In this document: piece by piece, positions 50,362 to 63,779 of the stretch
Numbering within the stretch: position 1 is the first letter of the stretch
Layout of the letters: each line of letters begins with the position of its first letter
Assembly: GCF_963921235.1 (NCBI RefSeq)
Contig: NC_086097.1
Location: 223,698,001-223,762,000, forward strand
Reading direction: 5' to 3'
Source of the DNA: Mobula hypostoma
Lineage: Eukaryota
Length of the DNA stretch: 64,000 nucleotides
Position numbers and translations under genes: made by a program
The notes under the pieces: generated by a model
Told to the model about the DNA's origin: nothing
Database searches by the model: none
The model's input: the letters and a program-made list of their open reading frames with translations, nothing else

Positions 50362-52045
50362 TAAGACCATAAGAAAAAGGAGCAGAATTGGGCCATTAGG
50401 CCCATCGAGTCTGCTCTGCCATTTTCTCCTTGCTGATTCAATTTTCCCCTTGGCCCCAGTCTCCTGCCTTCTCCCCCTATCCCTTCATGCCTTAAATATA
50501 CATAAAGACATTGGTGGCAAAGCATTCCACAGATTCGCCACTCTGGCTAAAGAAATTCCTCCTCGTCTCCTTTTTAAACAGATGCCATTCTATTCTGAGG
50601 CTGTGTCCTCTGGTCTTAGACTCTCCCACCATAGGAAATATCCTCTCCACATCCACTTTATCAAGGCCTTTCACCCCTTATTCTTCTGAATTCTAGTGAA
50701 TACAGGCCTGGAACCGTCAAATGCTCTTCATACGACAAACCATTCAATCCTGGAATCATTTTCGTGTTACAACGCATCCTTTCTAAGGGGCCCAAATCTG
50801 CTCACCACTGCTTTATAAAGTCTCAACATTAAATCCTTGTTTTATATTTTAGTCCTCTTGAAATGAATGCTAATGCCTTCCTCACCACAGACTCAACCTG
50901 CAAATTAACCTTTAGGGAATCCTGCACAAGGACTCCCGTGTCCCTTTGCACCTCAGTTTTTTATTTTCTCTCCATTTACAAAATAGTCAACACTTTAATT
51001 TCTTCTACCCAAATGCATGACACTTCTTGACACTGTATTCCATCTGCCATTTCTTTGCCCATTCTCCTAATCTGTCTGTCTTTCTGTAGTCTCTCTACTT
51101 CCTCAAAACTACCTGCCCCACCACCTGTCTTCATATCGTCTGAAAACTTTTAACAAAGCCATCAATCCCATCATCCAAATCATTGACATATAATGTAAAA
51201 AGAATCGGTCCTATCTCAGACCCCTGTGGAACACAACTGGTCATTGGCAGCTAACCAGAGAAGGCTCCCTTCATTCCCACTGTACCTCCCGCAATCAGCC
51301 GCTGCTTTATCTTTCCTGTCATACCATGGGCTCCTAGCTTGTTAAGCAGCCTCATGTGGCACCTTGTCAAAGGCCTTCTGAAAATTAAAGTACACATCAT
51401 CAACCGATTTCCTTTTGTCTATCTTGTTATTTCGTTCAAGAATTCCAACAGATTCCCTTGAGGAAGCCATGATGACTATGGCCTATTTTATCATGTGCCT
51501 CCACGTACTGAGACCTTATCTTTAACAATGATTTTTAATAGTTATCTTTAATGATCTTTTATAGTCATCTTTAATGACTAACTAAAGTTTCCTTTCTTCT
51601 GCTTCTCCCCCTTCTTGAAGAGTGGAGTGACTTTTGCAATTTTCCTGACTCCCTGAATCTAGTGATTCATGAAAGATCATGAATCAGATCTGGGCCATCG
51701 CCTCCAAATATCCGGACCTGCCTCTCAGTTTTTTTTTGCATTATCTTACTTCCCATTTTTCTATTTTCTATTTATGGTTTATAAGTTAAATATTTACTAA
51801 TTTAAACTATTTTTAATATCTTTAATATTTGTAATCCAGGGAGTGTGAAGCGCAGAATCAAATATCGCTGTGATAATTGTACGTTCTAGTACCAATTGTT
51901 TGGCGACAATGAAGTATAAGATCACTTCTAATGCCTCCACGATCTCTTCAGCCTCCTCTTTCAAAACTCTGGAGTGTATACCATCTAGTCCAGGTGACCT
52001 ATCCAGCTTCAGACCTTTCAGTTGCCCAAGAACCTTCTCTCTTGT
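50362..52045 (-). mobile_element. Degraded CR1 LINE with a small insert at about 51680-51917
   Basis: KGLDKVDVERIFPMVGESKTRGHSLR; RT remnants upstream. Confidence 0.75.
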
Positions 52046-52637
52046 ACCTTAAATAGGGTATATTGATGCTAATATTCTAAGTAAATATGCTCTTTAATTT
52101 TAATATTGATGCTGAGCTAAGGAAAAATATGTTCATGTAGAGCAGGAGAAATTGAGATCAGAAACTCACTCTGGGCAGGAAGACATAGCCAACTCACTTT
52201 GAGCTTGATGGGTAAGACATTCTGATTTGAGAATGAGGCTATGTTAAAGGAAAAGGGGAGATTTCCCTTTTTAGAGTTAGCCTATGAATATTTGTTGAGA
52301 GTAACGACTTAAAATTCTGTTTCCTAGCATATATTATTTAGTTAAAAGCAGTTCTAAATACTTTTGTAACTTACTGCTGTTACGTAAATTAAAGAAATTA
52401 AAGGGATCCTCAATAAAACTGGAAAATCCTGGAAAATCTTAGGAGCTCAGGCAGCATTTATGAAAAATAAACATTAACTCTTTGGGCCAATGACATTTTC
52501 TTTGGAATGAATTTTAAATGCTAACTCTTTCTCCAGCATCCATACTTATTTGTTTTCTAGCTGAAAGGTCTTGGCTATTGTGTTTGACATGGTTTGATTC
52601 TATTTCATACTGTAGGAATTTTTCTTTTCTTTTGCAG

Positions 52638-52731
52638 GTTAACCTTACATGCAGTCAACATTTTGGTTCAGATGGAAGCACTGGGGAGGAGCGACTGATT
52701 TACACTGGAAACTTGGCCAAGGCAGTATTTA
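52638..52731 (+). CDS. TMEM70: TMEM70 exon 2
   Basis: Acceptor ttttcttttgcag; VNLTCSQHFGSDGSTGEERLIYTGNLAKAVF; donor A|gtaagg; RLIYTGN is a TMEM70 motif. Confidence 0.93.
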
Positions 52732-52824
52732 GTAAGGGGTAGCTTTACTTGCTGATTATTGTTGATGACAAATTATTGGAATAGGAGGAATACCTGCAAT
52801 TGTGTATATGAATAAGAACATTTT

Positions 52825-53570
52825 AAGACCATAAAACCATTAGAGATAGGAGCAAAACTAGGCCATTTGGCCCAACTAGTTTGCTCTGCTATTTCATGAA
52901 GGCTGGTCCATTTCCCCCTCAGCTCCATGTAACCCTTTATGCCCTGGCTAATCAAGAATCTATCAACCTCTCCATTTAATATACCCAATGACTTGGTCTC
53001 CACAGCTATCTGTGCCAGTGAATTCCACAGATTCACCACTCTCTGGCTAAAGGAATTCCTCCTCATCTCTGTTTTAAATGGACATCCTTGTATTCTGAGG
53101 TTGTGTCCTCTGGTCTTAGACTTCCCTACCATAGGAAACAACCTCTCCACAGGTGAGGCTTTTCAACACCCCCCATTCTTCTGAATTCCAGTTAGTACTG
53201 GCCGAGAGCCATCAAATGCCTTTTAATCCTGGAAACATTTTCATGAACTTCCTTTGAACCTTCTCCCAATTTCAGCGCATTCTTCCTAAGATAAAGGGCC
53301 CAAAACTGCTCACAGTACTCCGTCAGGCCTTGCCAGTGCCTTTTACAGCCTCAGCATTGCATCATTGCTTTTATATTCCAGCCCTCTCAAAGTGAGTGCT
53401 GACATTGCATTTGCCTTCCTCACTACTGTTACGTACCCCGTAACTGGTTACAAAACCGGCAGAAATGGAAAACAGCTGGAGTCTGGTATTGCTACTTACT
53501 AAAGTTAATTTATTAGTAACTACGCAATACAGTAATGAAAAATCAGGTAAATCAAACAGGTTAGCAATGA

Positions 53571-53612
<42 letters not shown>

Positions 53613-55220
53613 TAGGACTTAAGTTCTTCCAAGCTCCGGTGGTAATTGATACAGTCTTATAGTGGTAGGTAAGCGAGGTCAGTTCAGTTTGTGAGATTGA
53701 GTTGAGTATGGTTGGGATGAGAGAGAGAGGTGTGGTTCGTTGTCCAAGTAAGCCATTGCCGTCAATCCTCTGTTGTCCTCCGAAATCCTTTAAAGTCATT
53801 GAATGTGACCACAAAAAGGAAACCATCTTCTGTGGTTAAGTTATCAACCCAGGCAAGGGTTGGACACACTGATAACTTCCCACTGGTCACTCCTTTTCCA
53901 CACTACGAGAGCCACTGATCGATCCTCCAAAAACCCATCTTTTTGTGGGCACAACAAAGCTCATCCAGTGTCCAAAACCATGTGTGTCTGTGTGTCTGTC
54001 TAACGAGCAAAATTTTTGTCTAACAGTAGATTACAAAGTTTGAAACAGTACATGTATAATTATCAGATAACAGAGCAAAACGTGTACAACTTCTAACTTA
54101 ACATCTGGATAAACGATTGGCTATAATGTTGTCAGTAACTTTTACATGTTTTATTTTCAGGTCATATTCTTGCAAGATCAGACTCCAGTTTAACTATTCT
54201 TATCCTTCATTTTAGTTAGAAACACTAATGGATTGTGATCCGTGTAAATCATTTAGTTAGAAACACTAATGGATTGTGATCTGTGTAAATCACCAGTGGT
54301 TTCTGGGCAGGACAAACATAGACTTCAAAATGTTGTAAAGCCAGAATAAGTGATAGCAACTCCTTTTCAACAGTGGAATAATTTTTCTGGTGCACATTAA
54401 ATTTCTTTGAGAAATAAGCTACAGGATGTTCATGTCATCCTTACCCTTCTGTAACAGTACTGCCCTGGCAACTTCGTCACTAGCATCTGTCGCTATAGAG
54501 AATGGTTTTGAAAAATCAGGTGCTTTGAGCACAGGTTGGTAAATCAGAATAGTTTTTAGTCATTCAAAGGCTTCCTGGCGAAGCTCACTCCATACAAATC
54601 TTTTACTCTTCCCTAGTAGTTTCATTAGGGGGGGGAGTGATATCAGCGAAATTCTTACAAAACTTACGATAATACCCAACCAGTTCTAAAAAACCTTCTT
54701 AAAGCTTTCTTACCAGTCGGATCAGGAACCTCAGGAATAGCTTGCACCTTGGCCTGCACAGGAGCCCGTTGGTCCTGGCCTACTACGTAGTCAAGATATG
54801 TAACAGTAGCATGACCAAACTCACTTTTAGCGAGGTTTACAGTAAGATTTGCCTTGGAAAGCCTGTGTGCCTCTGGAACCAACTGGTAAACCTTAAGCAC
54901 AGCATCTTTCACTGTATCACAATTATTTGTGTCTACAACAAACAAAGCGCATGTCCAAACACTTCCCGACACTGTATCTCATCTGCCACTTCTGTCTTAG
55001 TCTTTCTGCAGCCTCTCTGCTTTCTAAACCCTACCTGCCCTTCCACCTATCTTCGTATCTTCCACAAACTTAGCCACAAGGCCATCAATTCCATCATCCA
55101 AATCACTGACCTATAATGTACAAAGTAGTGGTCGCAACACAGACTTCTGTGGAACACCACTAGAAACCGGCAGCCAATCCAAAAAGGCTCCCTTTGTGCC
55201 CACTCTTTGCCTCCTGCCTA
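52825..55220 (-). mobile_element. CR1 fragment split by a Gypsy remnant
   Basis: CR1 3' part 52825-53426; resumes about 54950-55220. Confidence 0.7.
53427..54950 (-). mobile_element. Gypsy LTR plus RT/RNase H remnants
   Basis: LTR homologous to 1574-2479; minus strand has ANLTVNLAKSEFGHATVTYL, ATDASD and YSTVEKELL motifs. Confidence 0.8.
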
Positions 55221-55445
55221 TCACTCAGTTCTTTTGCTACCTGTATTTTTCTCAAAGTTTGTAACAACTTTCCTGCACAAATTAATTTCAAGTATTTGGT
55301 CATTCAATAAATGTAAAACAGTATAATTTCTTGTGTTTATGATTTGCTGAAATGGTTCAGTATGTTTGTGCAGAAATGTTTTTAGCCTTCTACTAAAATT
55401 GTAAACTTGATTAAACATTTAAATATATAACTTTCATTTTTCCAG

Positions 55446-55879
55446 GTGTGAAGTTCTTCTCTTACTCCACCAGCATTTTTAGTTGTTGTACGATGCCTTA
55501 TGTCATTCTGCACTCTGGCCTTGGAATTCAGAGCCCTGCGTTACAAGCAGCATTCTGTGGCATAATTGGATTCTTTACTTTTTTAAATCCTGTGGTATTG
55601 CATCTCCTCACTAAAGGTTACGTGATTCGCCTATATCACAATGCGGAAACTGACAATTACACTGCAGTCACTTACAACGCCCTCCTCCAACAGAAGAAAA
55701 CCGTTTTCCATCAAAAGGATATAGAAGTTCCTGGAGTCAGCAAGATGTTCACCACATTCTATGCAAATAAGAAGTCAATGTTAGTAAATCCAGTGCTTTT
55801 CTGGCATCCAAATGATTATAATCATCTTATGGGTTACGATCGACCCTTTTCCTTTGATTTGGACGATTTACAAAAGTGA
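55446..55879 (+). CDS. TMEM70: TMEM70 exon 3 (two TM segments and C-terminal domain)
   Basis: Acceptor ttttccag; VKFFSYSTS...[14 protein letters not shown]...MFTTFYA...[12 protein letters not shown]; spliced CDS 729 nt = 242 aa + stop. Confidence 0.96.
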
Positions 55880-56311
55880 TAATGAAATGAGATCGGGGTG
55901 AAGAGGTTGTGTGTACAGTTTTTTTACATAGTAAAATTATTTAATCATCTGAAATTAGTAATGCTTTTTAGATTTATACACTTAAAAGTTACTGTATTAA
56001 AAAAATGTAAATGTTAGAGATCTGAAATGCAAATGAAGTATCAAAATGCACAGTAGGTTCAACAGCTTTGATGCTATGGATTCATGGAGCTTCATCAGAA
56101 TCATTGCTCAGGAGAATTCTGGTATTTGACCTGCTGAATTTTTGTTTTCAATTTTAGCTTTGTTTCTAATATGCTTAAATGGTATTTGTGAATTATTCTT
56201 AAATGTACCGCAGCAAATGAAGTTGCTCAATAGGAATTGCTTGTATCATTTGAGAATGATTATTTCTTTTTCAACTTTAATATCCTCCACATTGTGTTTT
56301 GTAGGATCAAT

Positions 56312-56317
56312 AATAAA
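56312..56317 (+). terminator. Candidate TMEM70 polyadenylation signal
   Basis: First AATAAA I found after the stop codon. Confidence 0.35.
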
Positions 56318-56939
56318 ATGTACTTGGACCTCTGCAATTATTACTGAATAGGAGGACCAAAAGAGAGATTCCATTAGATGTCTTTTGATTTTGTAAGGAT
56401 GTGTCTGTTAGAACTTAATGGTAGAGGAGCAACTCTTCATCTCACTGTTCCCATACTACTTTCATTCTTTCTGATCTTGGAATAGGTTCTATACAAAAGT
56501 GTAGGGTTCAAAACTGTAGGCTTGTGATAGAAGCCTAATTTGTTGTGTTGTTCCTTTTCATGCCTTGTCCATTGGGTTGCATTTTTACCATTTCCGTAGC
56601 ATTTTGACTTTTTTTATGAGGCCAGGTTGCTAGCTTGACACTCAACCCAGCATGGATGGAAAGTGTGCAAGGAGCTGGACAGATTCGAATTTGGGACCAT
56701 TCACCTCGAAGTTCAGTGCTGTTGCCACTGCCCTTCCTAACTTGCTAATCTACAAAATAGTAAGAAATTGCTTCAAAGGAACCTTCTTTGGCTTGCATAA
56801 ACTATTGATATTACTTAATGTGTATGTTTGTAAAATACCAACTTTATCCAAAGTACAAGTCCAGATAACCTAACTAATGTTCACCCATTCATAAATTTGC
56901 AATGCACAGTATTTGCTGCTTAAGTAAATGTCTACAGTA

Positions 56940-57280
56940 CTGCCAGGCTTGAGTTCATTGAAACCTTTCAAATGTTGAAAGGCTTTATTAGCGTGGATGT
57001 GAAGAGGCTGATTCCTATGGTGTGGGAGTCTAAGACCGGAGGACACAACCTCAGAATAGAGGGACGTCTGTTTAAAATTTAGGTAAGGAGGAATTTCTTT
57101 AGCCAGAGAATGGTGAATCTATAGAATTCACGGCCATAATGGCTGTGGAGGCCAATTCATTGGGTATATTTAAGGCAGAGGTTGATAGATTCTTAATTAG
57201 TCAAGGCATGAAGCGATATGGGGAGAAGGCTGGAGTCTGGGGTTGAGAGGGAAATGGATGAGATGGTGGAGCAGACTCTA
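56940..57280 (+). mobile_element. CR1 3' end
   Basis: Matches CR1 3' ORF2/UTR (aggaggaatttctttagccagaga). Confidence 0.7.
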
Positions 57281-57682
57281 GTGGTGGCAGGCTGACTAAG
57301 TGGTGGACTCTGCATCATTTGCTGATTGCTGTAATGCAGGAAAGGTCATGTGACCAGCTTTAATGCAGGGTTTCATGTGGTACCCTTCTGGTTGCAGCTT
57401 TCTGTTTTGTCTTAGTTGTCAGACAAGTTCAGGGTGTTACCCTATAACATGTTTAATATTCATTTGATATTTAACCAAAGCCTTCTGGAATTTAATAAAA
57501 CAAGTATGAAAACCGGTTTATCCTTTTCTGCGAGTTAGAAACACCAAGTCCCAACAATTTAGTTAAACATGTTTTCATCATGTGACTCCAAGTTGACTTT
57601 GTCCAATCTTATTATTATCTACTATGTGCCCGCTTATCATTTCCCTAATAGAGGTGTTTTCCTTGATACTGCTGTTAGGTGA

Positions 57683-57972
57683 TGTGGGCACGTGGCCAAG
57701 TGGTTAAGGCATTCGACTAGCGATCTGAAGGTCGTGAGTTCGAGCCCCAGCCGAGGCAGTGAGTTGTGTTGTTGAGCAAGGCACTTAATCACACAGCGCT
57801 CTGCGACGACACTGGTGCCAAGCTATATGGGTCCTAATGCCCTTCCCTTGGACAACATCGGTGTCGTGGAGAGGGGAGACTTGCAGCATGGGCAACTGCC
57901 AGTCTTCCATACAACCTTGCCCAGGCCTGCGCCCTGGAGAGTGAAGACTTTTCAGGCGCGATCCATGGTTTC
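57683..57972 (+). mobile_element. tRNA-derived SINE
   Basis: A box TGGCCAAGTGG (57693-57703), B box GTTCGAGCC (57738-57746), 12-bp TSD GCTGTTAGGTGA (57671-57682, 57973-57984). Confidence 0.85.
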
Positions 57973-58842
57973 GCTGTTAGGTGAGCTATAGTGTGGTTGT
58001 TTGTTCACATACAGATGTAAGAAACCATACTTGAGATATTCCATGAATTCATCCTCCACACAACTAATAATCTGGTTAGCCCAGTCTCCACATAGGTTAA
58101 AATCTCCCATGAGTATTGCATAATCCTTATTAAATGCATTTCTAAATTCCTAGCAGGTACTATGCTCAGTGTTATTACTATTTGGGGGATTATTTTCAGC
58201 TACCACCAATGTTTTCAGCTCCTTGCAATTTTTTTTAGGTCGTCTCTTCCCCCCCCCCCCCCACTGCTGCTTGTTGAGATCCCTCCTTTATCCATTATAT
58301 CAGGATTGCCCTTCCTAGTTCTCAATTTTCTTCTTTTTTAGATATCCTGTTGTGAGGGAGAAAACACTGCTGGAAAAACTCAATCGGTCAAGCAGCTTCT
58401 GTAAAGGCAAAATGATATTAGATGTTTGGGGTTGAGCCAAAATATCAAGTCTCTCTTTGCCTCCAATGATGCTGTTTGACCACTTGAGTCTTTGAACAGT
58501 TTATTTTTGCTCCAGATCCCAGTAGCTGTAGTCCATTAAATATACTCTTAACGTTTATTTCACAAATTTGGTTACTTTGTCATCACAGTTTGCAATGTTT
58601 TTTCGAACCTATTTATTTCTGTTTGTGCTATAAATTCAACTATCTTCTGAATGCTGCACACATTCGGATGAACAGCAATTATATTGGTCTTTGTTCATTT
58701 TTTTTCCTGCTGCCTCTAATTGGTTGTACATGGTTGTCTTTGTATATATTGCCCTTTCCTAAGTAGACTTTGTTTTACCATGAAAATTAAAAATCATGGT
58801 AGATGCTGGAAATCTGAAATAAAAGCAGAAAGTGCTAGGATC

Positions 58843-59005
58843 GCAAACAACAGGAATTCTGCAGATGCTGGAAATTCAAGCAACACACATAAAAGCTGCT
58901 GGTGAACGCAGCAGTCCTGACGAAGGGTCTCGGCCTGAAACGTCGACTGCACCTCTTCCTAGAGATGCTGCCTGGCCTGCTGCGTTCACCAGCAACTTTT
59001 ATGTG
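58843..59005 (+). mobile_element. Fold-back Penelope-like element with intact hammerhead
   Basis: Core 58911-58950 with 6-bp helix I GCAGTC/GACTGC; TSD AAGTGCTAGGATC (58830-58842, 59006-59018). Confidence 0.85.
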
Positions 59006-59867
59006 AAGTGCTAGGATCACTTAGTGGGTCAGAAACCATTTGCAAAAAGAGAAATGGTTAAATTTTTCAGGTTGTATATCCTTTGCTGGAACTGGGAAAG
59101 GGAGAGCGAATTGATTTTGTGTTGTAGAGGTTGTGAAATCTCACTCTATCTGAGAGATTCCCTTTGTCATATCTATGCCCTCTGAAACCTGGCTGCTGAG
59201 TACAGCATTTTAAGACCATAAGATATAGGAGCAGAATTCGGCCATTTCGCCCATTGAGTCTGCTCCGCCATTTCATCATGACTGATCCATTTTTCCTCCC
59301 AACCCCTGTCTCCTGCCTTCTCCCCTTATTATTTTCACCTGTGTTATTCTGAAAGATCACTTTGTCTTTTCTCTATTTAACTTGAACACTTTGAACTGAC
59401 AGGGAGGGCAAGCATTTCATAGTACCCTCACATTTCCACCAGCTGGCTGAGCAATCTGCTAACAGTCAAGGAAAAATCTAGGTTGACTATTGGGAAAGTA
59501 AATTTGGAAAAACAAACGTCACTAGCTGTGTTACTGTATGATTCCTTTATAGAAATTCAATTATATTTGAATGAGTGTAGTATTTAATAAGTATGTGTAC
59601 ACTATTTTTGTTTCCCCATGTTGTAACAAAGTTCTGTTTGCTGCAGTATGTTAAGAAAGCACTTTTCCTGTAATCCAATAATTTTTGGATGAAGAACTTT
59701 CAGGCTATTGGTAAAAGAAGGAAGTTAAATATTTGTAAATTAAAGCCAGTTTTGGTCACAATTGTTACGTGTTAAACAGACTTGAGCTTCTATTTATTGG
59801 ACATAGAGATAGGAAATCTGGCACATTTAATCTGTTCCTATTCCTTTCCAAGTCTATACATTTTTCA

Positions 59868-60012
59868 GAAACACAAGAAAATCTGCAGATGTTGGAAATT
59901 CAAAGCAACACACAGAAAGTCCTGGAGGAACTCAGCAGGTTAGGCAGCATCAATGGAAAAGAGTAAACAGCCTGACCTGCGGAGCTCCTCCAGCATTTTG
60001 TGTGTGTGTTGC
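59868..60012. mobile_element. Older fold-back Penelope-like element, no core
   Basis: ctgcagatgttggaaattcaaagcaacacacag ... ctccagcattttgtgtgtgtgttgc inverted arms. Confidence 0.6.
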
Positions 60013-61389
60013 TCTACATACTTTTTTATGCTTAATCAAATCCAAGAATTAAGATCAGTGATAATATTGCTCCTGGTTGTATCATGTTGAATGTGACATG
60101 TGAGTTTGTAAATTTATCAATAAATAAAAAGAATGTAGCTCATTATTTGAAAAATAATTTGTTTAAAGGCATTTAGAAGACTTGGTTGAGGCCATTTGAG
60201 GAAATGAAACCCATTGTTTGGCATTGCTCTGCCACTGAACCAAATTGTATTGCATATTTGATCATCTTTGTTCATGGCAATTTTCATATGATGGACTTAG
60301 CCAATAGATGGTGGTTCGTGTGTTATTACAGTGAAAATAAGCAATTCTGAAATACTGTACAGATATTGTCTGCAGTGTTAAATCTGCAGATGTTTTAAGT
60401 GTTTTGCCACTAGGTGGTGGAAACACATTAATTATCACCATTTTCATATGAAGATGCTGAGTACCTGTATATTTAAATTGTAGAACATCGCATAGCTATG
60501 ATACTTTGGTAGTTTCTCAAATTTGGGAGAGGAGCTCAAGAGTAAACCATAATACTTGCGATGGTTAATTTTCTGACTTGATTGCTGTCATATCTACTTC
60601 ATATTTGTATTTATTTCATGTTATCATAGTGAAATAATTGCTTTGAAGTTCAAGCTCTTCTGTTTTTCCAAACTGAACAGTCATTTTTCTTGTTGATGTC
60701 AGATTTATTTTCTGACAGTGTAGTAAGAATCCTAGTAGTATCTGAAAATTCTTTTAAAAATCTAGTTATATTTTAGCTGGCGATGAATCCTCACAGACAT
60801 TTTGATGACTTGATAATTGTGCATCTGTTTGGTGATAATTTCCTCATTTGTACTACACATTGCACTTGGGTCTGAAAGGCAGTGAAATTGTAGATGATTT
60901 CACATTGAAATATGAATTGAAAATTTAGTTACTGTATAACCATGAACAGCAAATATTTATATATTTGAAAACCTCGCCCTTTGTGTTCTCTTTAAATATT
61001 TACATGAGCTCAACAATTGAATAAATAGTCTGGGGTCATTATTTTACTTCAAATGTGTTTATCAGTAATTATCAAGTTTTGATTGCATGCACTTGTGCAA
61101 TAAACTTAAACGTTATTAGATATGGTAGGGCAGTGAACGAGGAAACTGGGTTAGAGTGTGCATTTTAAAGTACAACTCTCAAATTTAATATTTGGATAAT
61201 TGTTAGTTGGGCACGTTTATTGAATATTGGATCAGGGACCAGTACAAATAAGTGAGAAAATTATTGTTTTTTTTCCTCCAGGGGTATTCTTGGGATTCCT
61301 TGTAGCATCTCTGCAGTGGATTTGGAAAGTTGCCATTATTTAGCACCTCTTGTAATTGATATACTGTTGAAAATTGCTTCCCAATTCAG

Positions 61390-63250
61390 TTTGAAGTTCA
61401 AAGTAAATTTATTATCAAATTTAATCTATGTCAGCATATACAACCCTGAGATTAGTTTTCTCGCAGGCATACTCAATAAATGAGTATTATTCATTTACTA
61501 ATAGGATCAATGAAAGGATAGGATCAATGAAAGAGGATCAATGAAAGCACACTCAAAAGGATGGACAACTAATGTGCAAAAGACAACAAACTGCAAATAC
61601 ATAAAGAAAGGAAAATAAATAAGTAAGCAATAAATGTGGAAAACATGAGATGAAGAGTCCTTGAAATTTATTCATAGGTTGTGGGAACAGTTCGGTGATG
61701 GGGAAGTGAAGTTGTCCTCTCTGGTTCAAGAGCCTGATGGCTGATGGGTAAAACTGTGGGTCCTGAGGCCTCTGTACCACCTTCCTAATGGCAGCAGCGA
61801 GAAGAGAGCATCACCTGGGTGGTGGGGGTCCCTGATAATGGATGTTTTCCTGTGACAATGTTCTGTGTGGATGAACTCAGTGGTGGAGAGAGCTTTATCC
61901 GTGATGGACTGGGTTGTATTCACTACTTTTTGTAGGATTTTCCAATCGAGGGCATTGGTGTTTCCATACCAGGCTGTGATGCAACCGGTCAGCATACTCT
62001 CCACCACACATTTATAGAGGTTTTTCAAAGTTGCAGATGTGCAGAATCTTTACAAATTTCAAGATTAGGTTCTGATAGGCAATTGGACATCTGTCAACAA
62101 TTCCTCATTAATTTGCAACCACACTGTCTATAGTTTGTCACAAACTCCTTGCTCCAGTACACTGACCTCATGCTATTCAATGTTAGTTGGAACATGAAAA
62201 AGGCTGTGTTCAGCCCTTTGTACATGCACTGATGAGTAAAATTTTCTTTGTTTCATCAGATGGTTCATGTGAAATCCTGTAGCACCATCTCTCAATGATA
62301 TTCTATTTTAGAATGGTTTCATCATTGTCTCCAAAAAAAAAAGCAGAAAAAAAGGTCAAAAAAACCACCACCTTGTTGACTGGTATCTCGAGTAAAGAAT
62401 TGTATGGATAATGTTATTCAAATTTATTTTCTCCTTATCCTGCCTGGGAGTACTTGAAAGTGCTTCTGTAGATCATAGAATCGGTTCAGAAGAGTAGTGA
62501 TTATAGTTATCCATACCTGTTCAGGAGCCCTGATGGTTGCAGGGTAATAAATTTTCTGAACATGGTGGTTTGGGTCCTATGGCTCATGTACCTCCTGCCT
62601 GATAATAGTAGCGAGAAGAAGGCATAACCTCAATGGAGGAGATATTTGATGACACAGTGCTCCATGTAAATGTACTCAATGGTGGGGAGGGCTTTGCCTA
62701 TGATGATCTGGGCTGTATCCACCCTTTTCTGTTGATGTTTCCATATGAAGCTCTGATGAAATCAGTTGAGATACTCTCCACTGTGCATCTATAGAGCTTT
62801 GAATGTTTTTGGTGGTATGCTGAATTGATGCAAACTTCCAAGAAAGTAGAGAAGCTGCCGTGCCTTTGTAATTGCACTTGCATGCTGATCCCAGGACAGA
62901 TCCTCTAATATGTTAACACCAAGAAATTTAAAGCTACTACCCTCTCCATCGCCATTTGCCTAATGAGGACTGGCTTATGGACCTTGGGCTTCTTCCTTCT
63001 ATAGCTGATAATCAGCTCTTTGGTTTTGCTGACATTGAGTGAGAGGTTGTTGTGACACCACTCAACCAGATTTTCATTCTCCCTCCTACATGTTGATTCA
63101 TTGTCACTTTTGAATCAGCCAACAGCAGTGGTGTTGCCAGCAAACTTAAATACAGTATTGGAGATGTACTTATCCACACAATCATAAAGTTGAGCAGGGG
63201 GCTAAATACACAGCCTTTTAGTCACTTATATTGAAGATGGTGGCAGAAAA
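61390..63250 (-). mobile_element. Two Rex1/Babar 3' fragments (about 61390-62050 and 62480-63250)
   Basis: LYKCVVESMLTGCITAWYGN; LYRCTVESI. Confidence 0.75.
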
Positions 63251-63269
63251 AACGTTTGTTTATCCAGTG

Positions 63270-63535
63270 ATACTGTGCGTAGTAGGCCTTTCCAGCCCTT
63301 CGAGACATGCTACCCCAGCAACCCCTGACAAAGCTAATTAGCACTAATCTAATCACGGGACAATTTACAATGACCAATGAACAGTATATCTGGACTGTGG
63401 GAGGAAAGTGGAGGACCTGGACATAACCCATGTATTCTACAAGGAGGAGTATAGAGATTCCTTACAGAATGACACCAGAATTGATCTCTGAACTCTGGAA
63501 TACCCTAAGCTGTAATAGCATTGTGCTACTGTAGC
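63270..63535 (-). mobile_element. V-SINE/HE1-like SINE, degraded
   Basis: ggactgtgggaggaaa and ctgtaatagcattgtgctac resemble the reverse complement of elasmobranch tRNA-SINEs (from memory). Confidence 0.5.
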
Positions 63536-63779
63536 ACCCAATCTATGGTTGAGGAAATTAAGGATTCAGTTTCACAGGGAGGTACCGAGGGCCGGGCTTT
63601 GGAGCTTAGTGATGAGTTTCGAGGGGATGATAGTGTTGACATACTGTTTGCATCCTTATTTTCAAGGTGTTTCAGAACTGAGAAATGAAATGGCACCTGC
63701 TGTTGACTTTTGTAATGGTAAACTGTAGTGTATCCAGATCACTCCTCAGGCAAGAGATGATATGCTTCACGATGAGGAA

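Noticed and set aside
56256..56351. LY96 (MD-2) first exon, expected from human synteny
   Set aside because: MIISFSTLISS is only superficially similar, ends in a stop with no convincing donor and lies in the probable TMEM70 3' UTR; no LY96 exon recognised in the window
57686..57760. tRNA gene
   Set aside because: A and B boxes are present, but it runs into a 200-nt body inside a 12-bp TSD, so it is a SINE head
61261..61400. Strong splice acceptor (ttttttttcctccag) suggesting an exon
   Set aside because: No recognisable protein in any frame and no convincing donor; cannot be supported without RNA data
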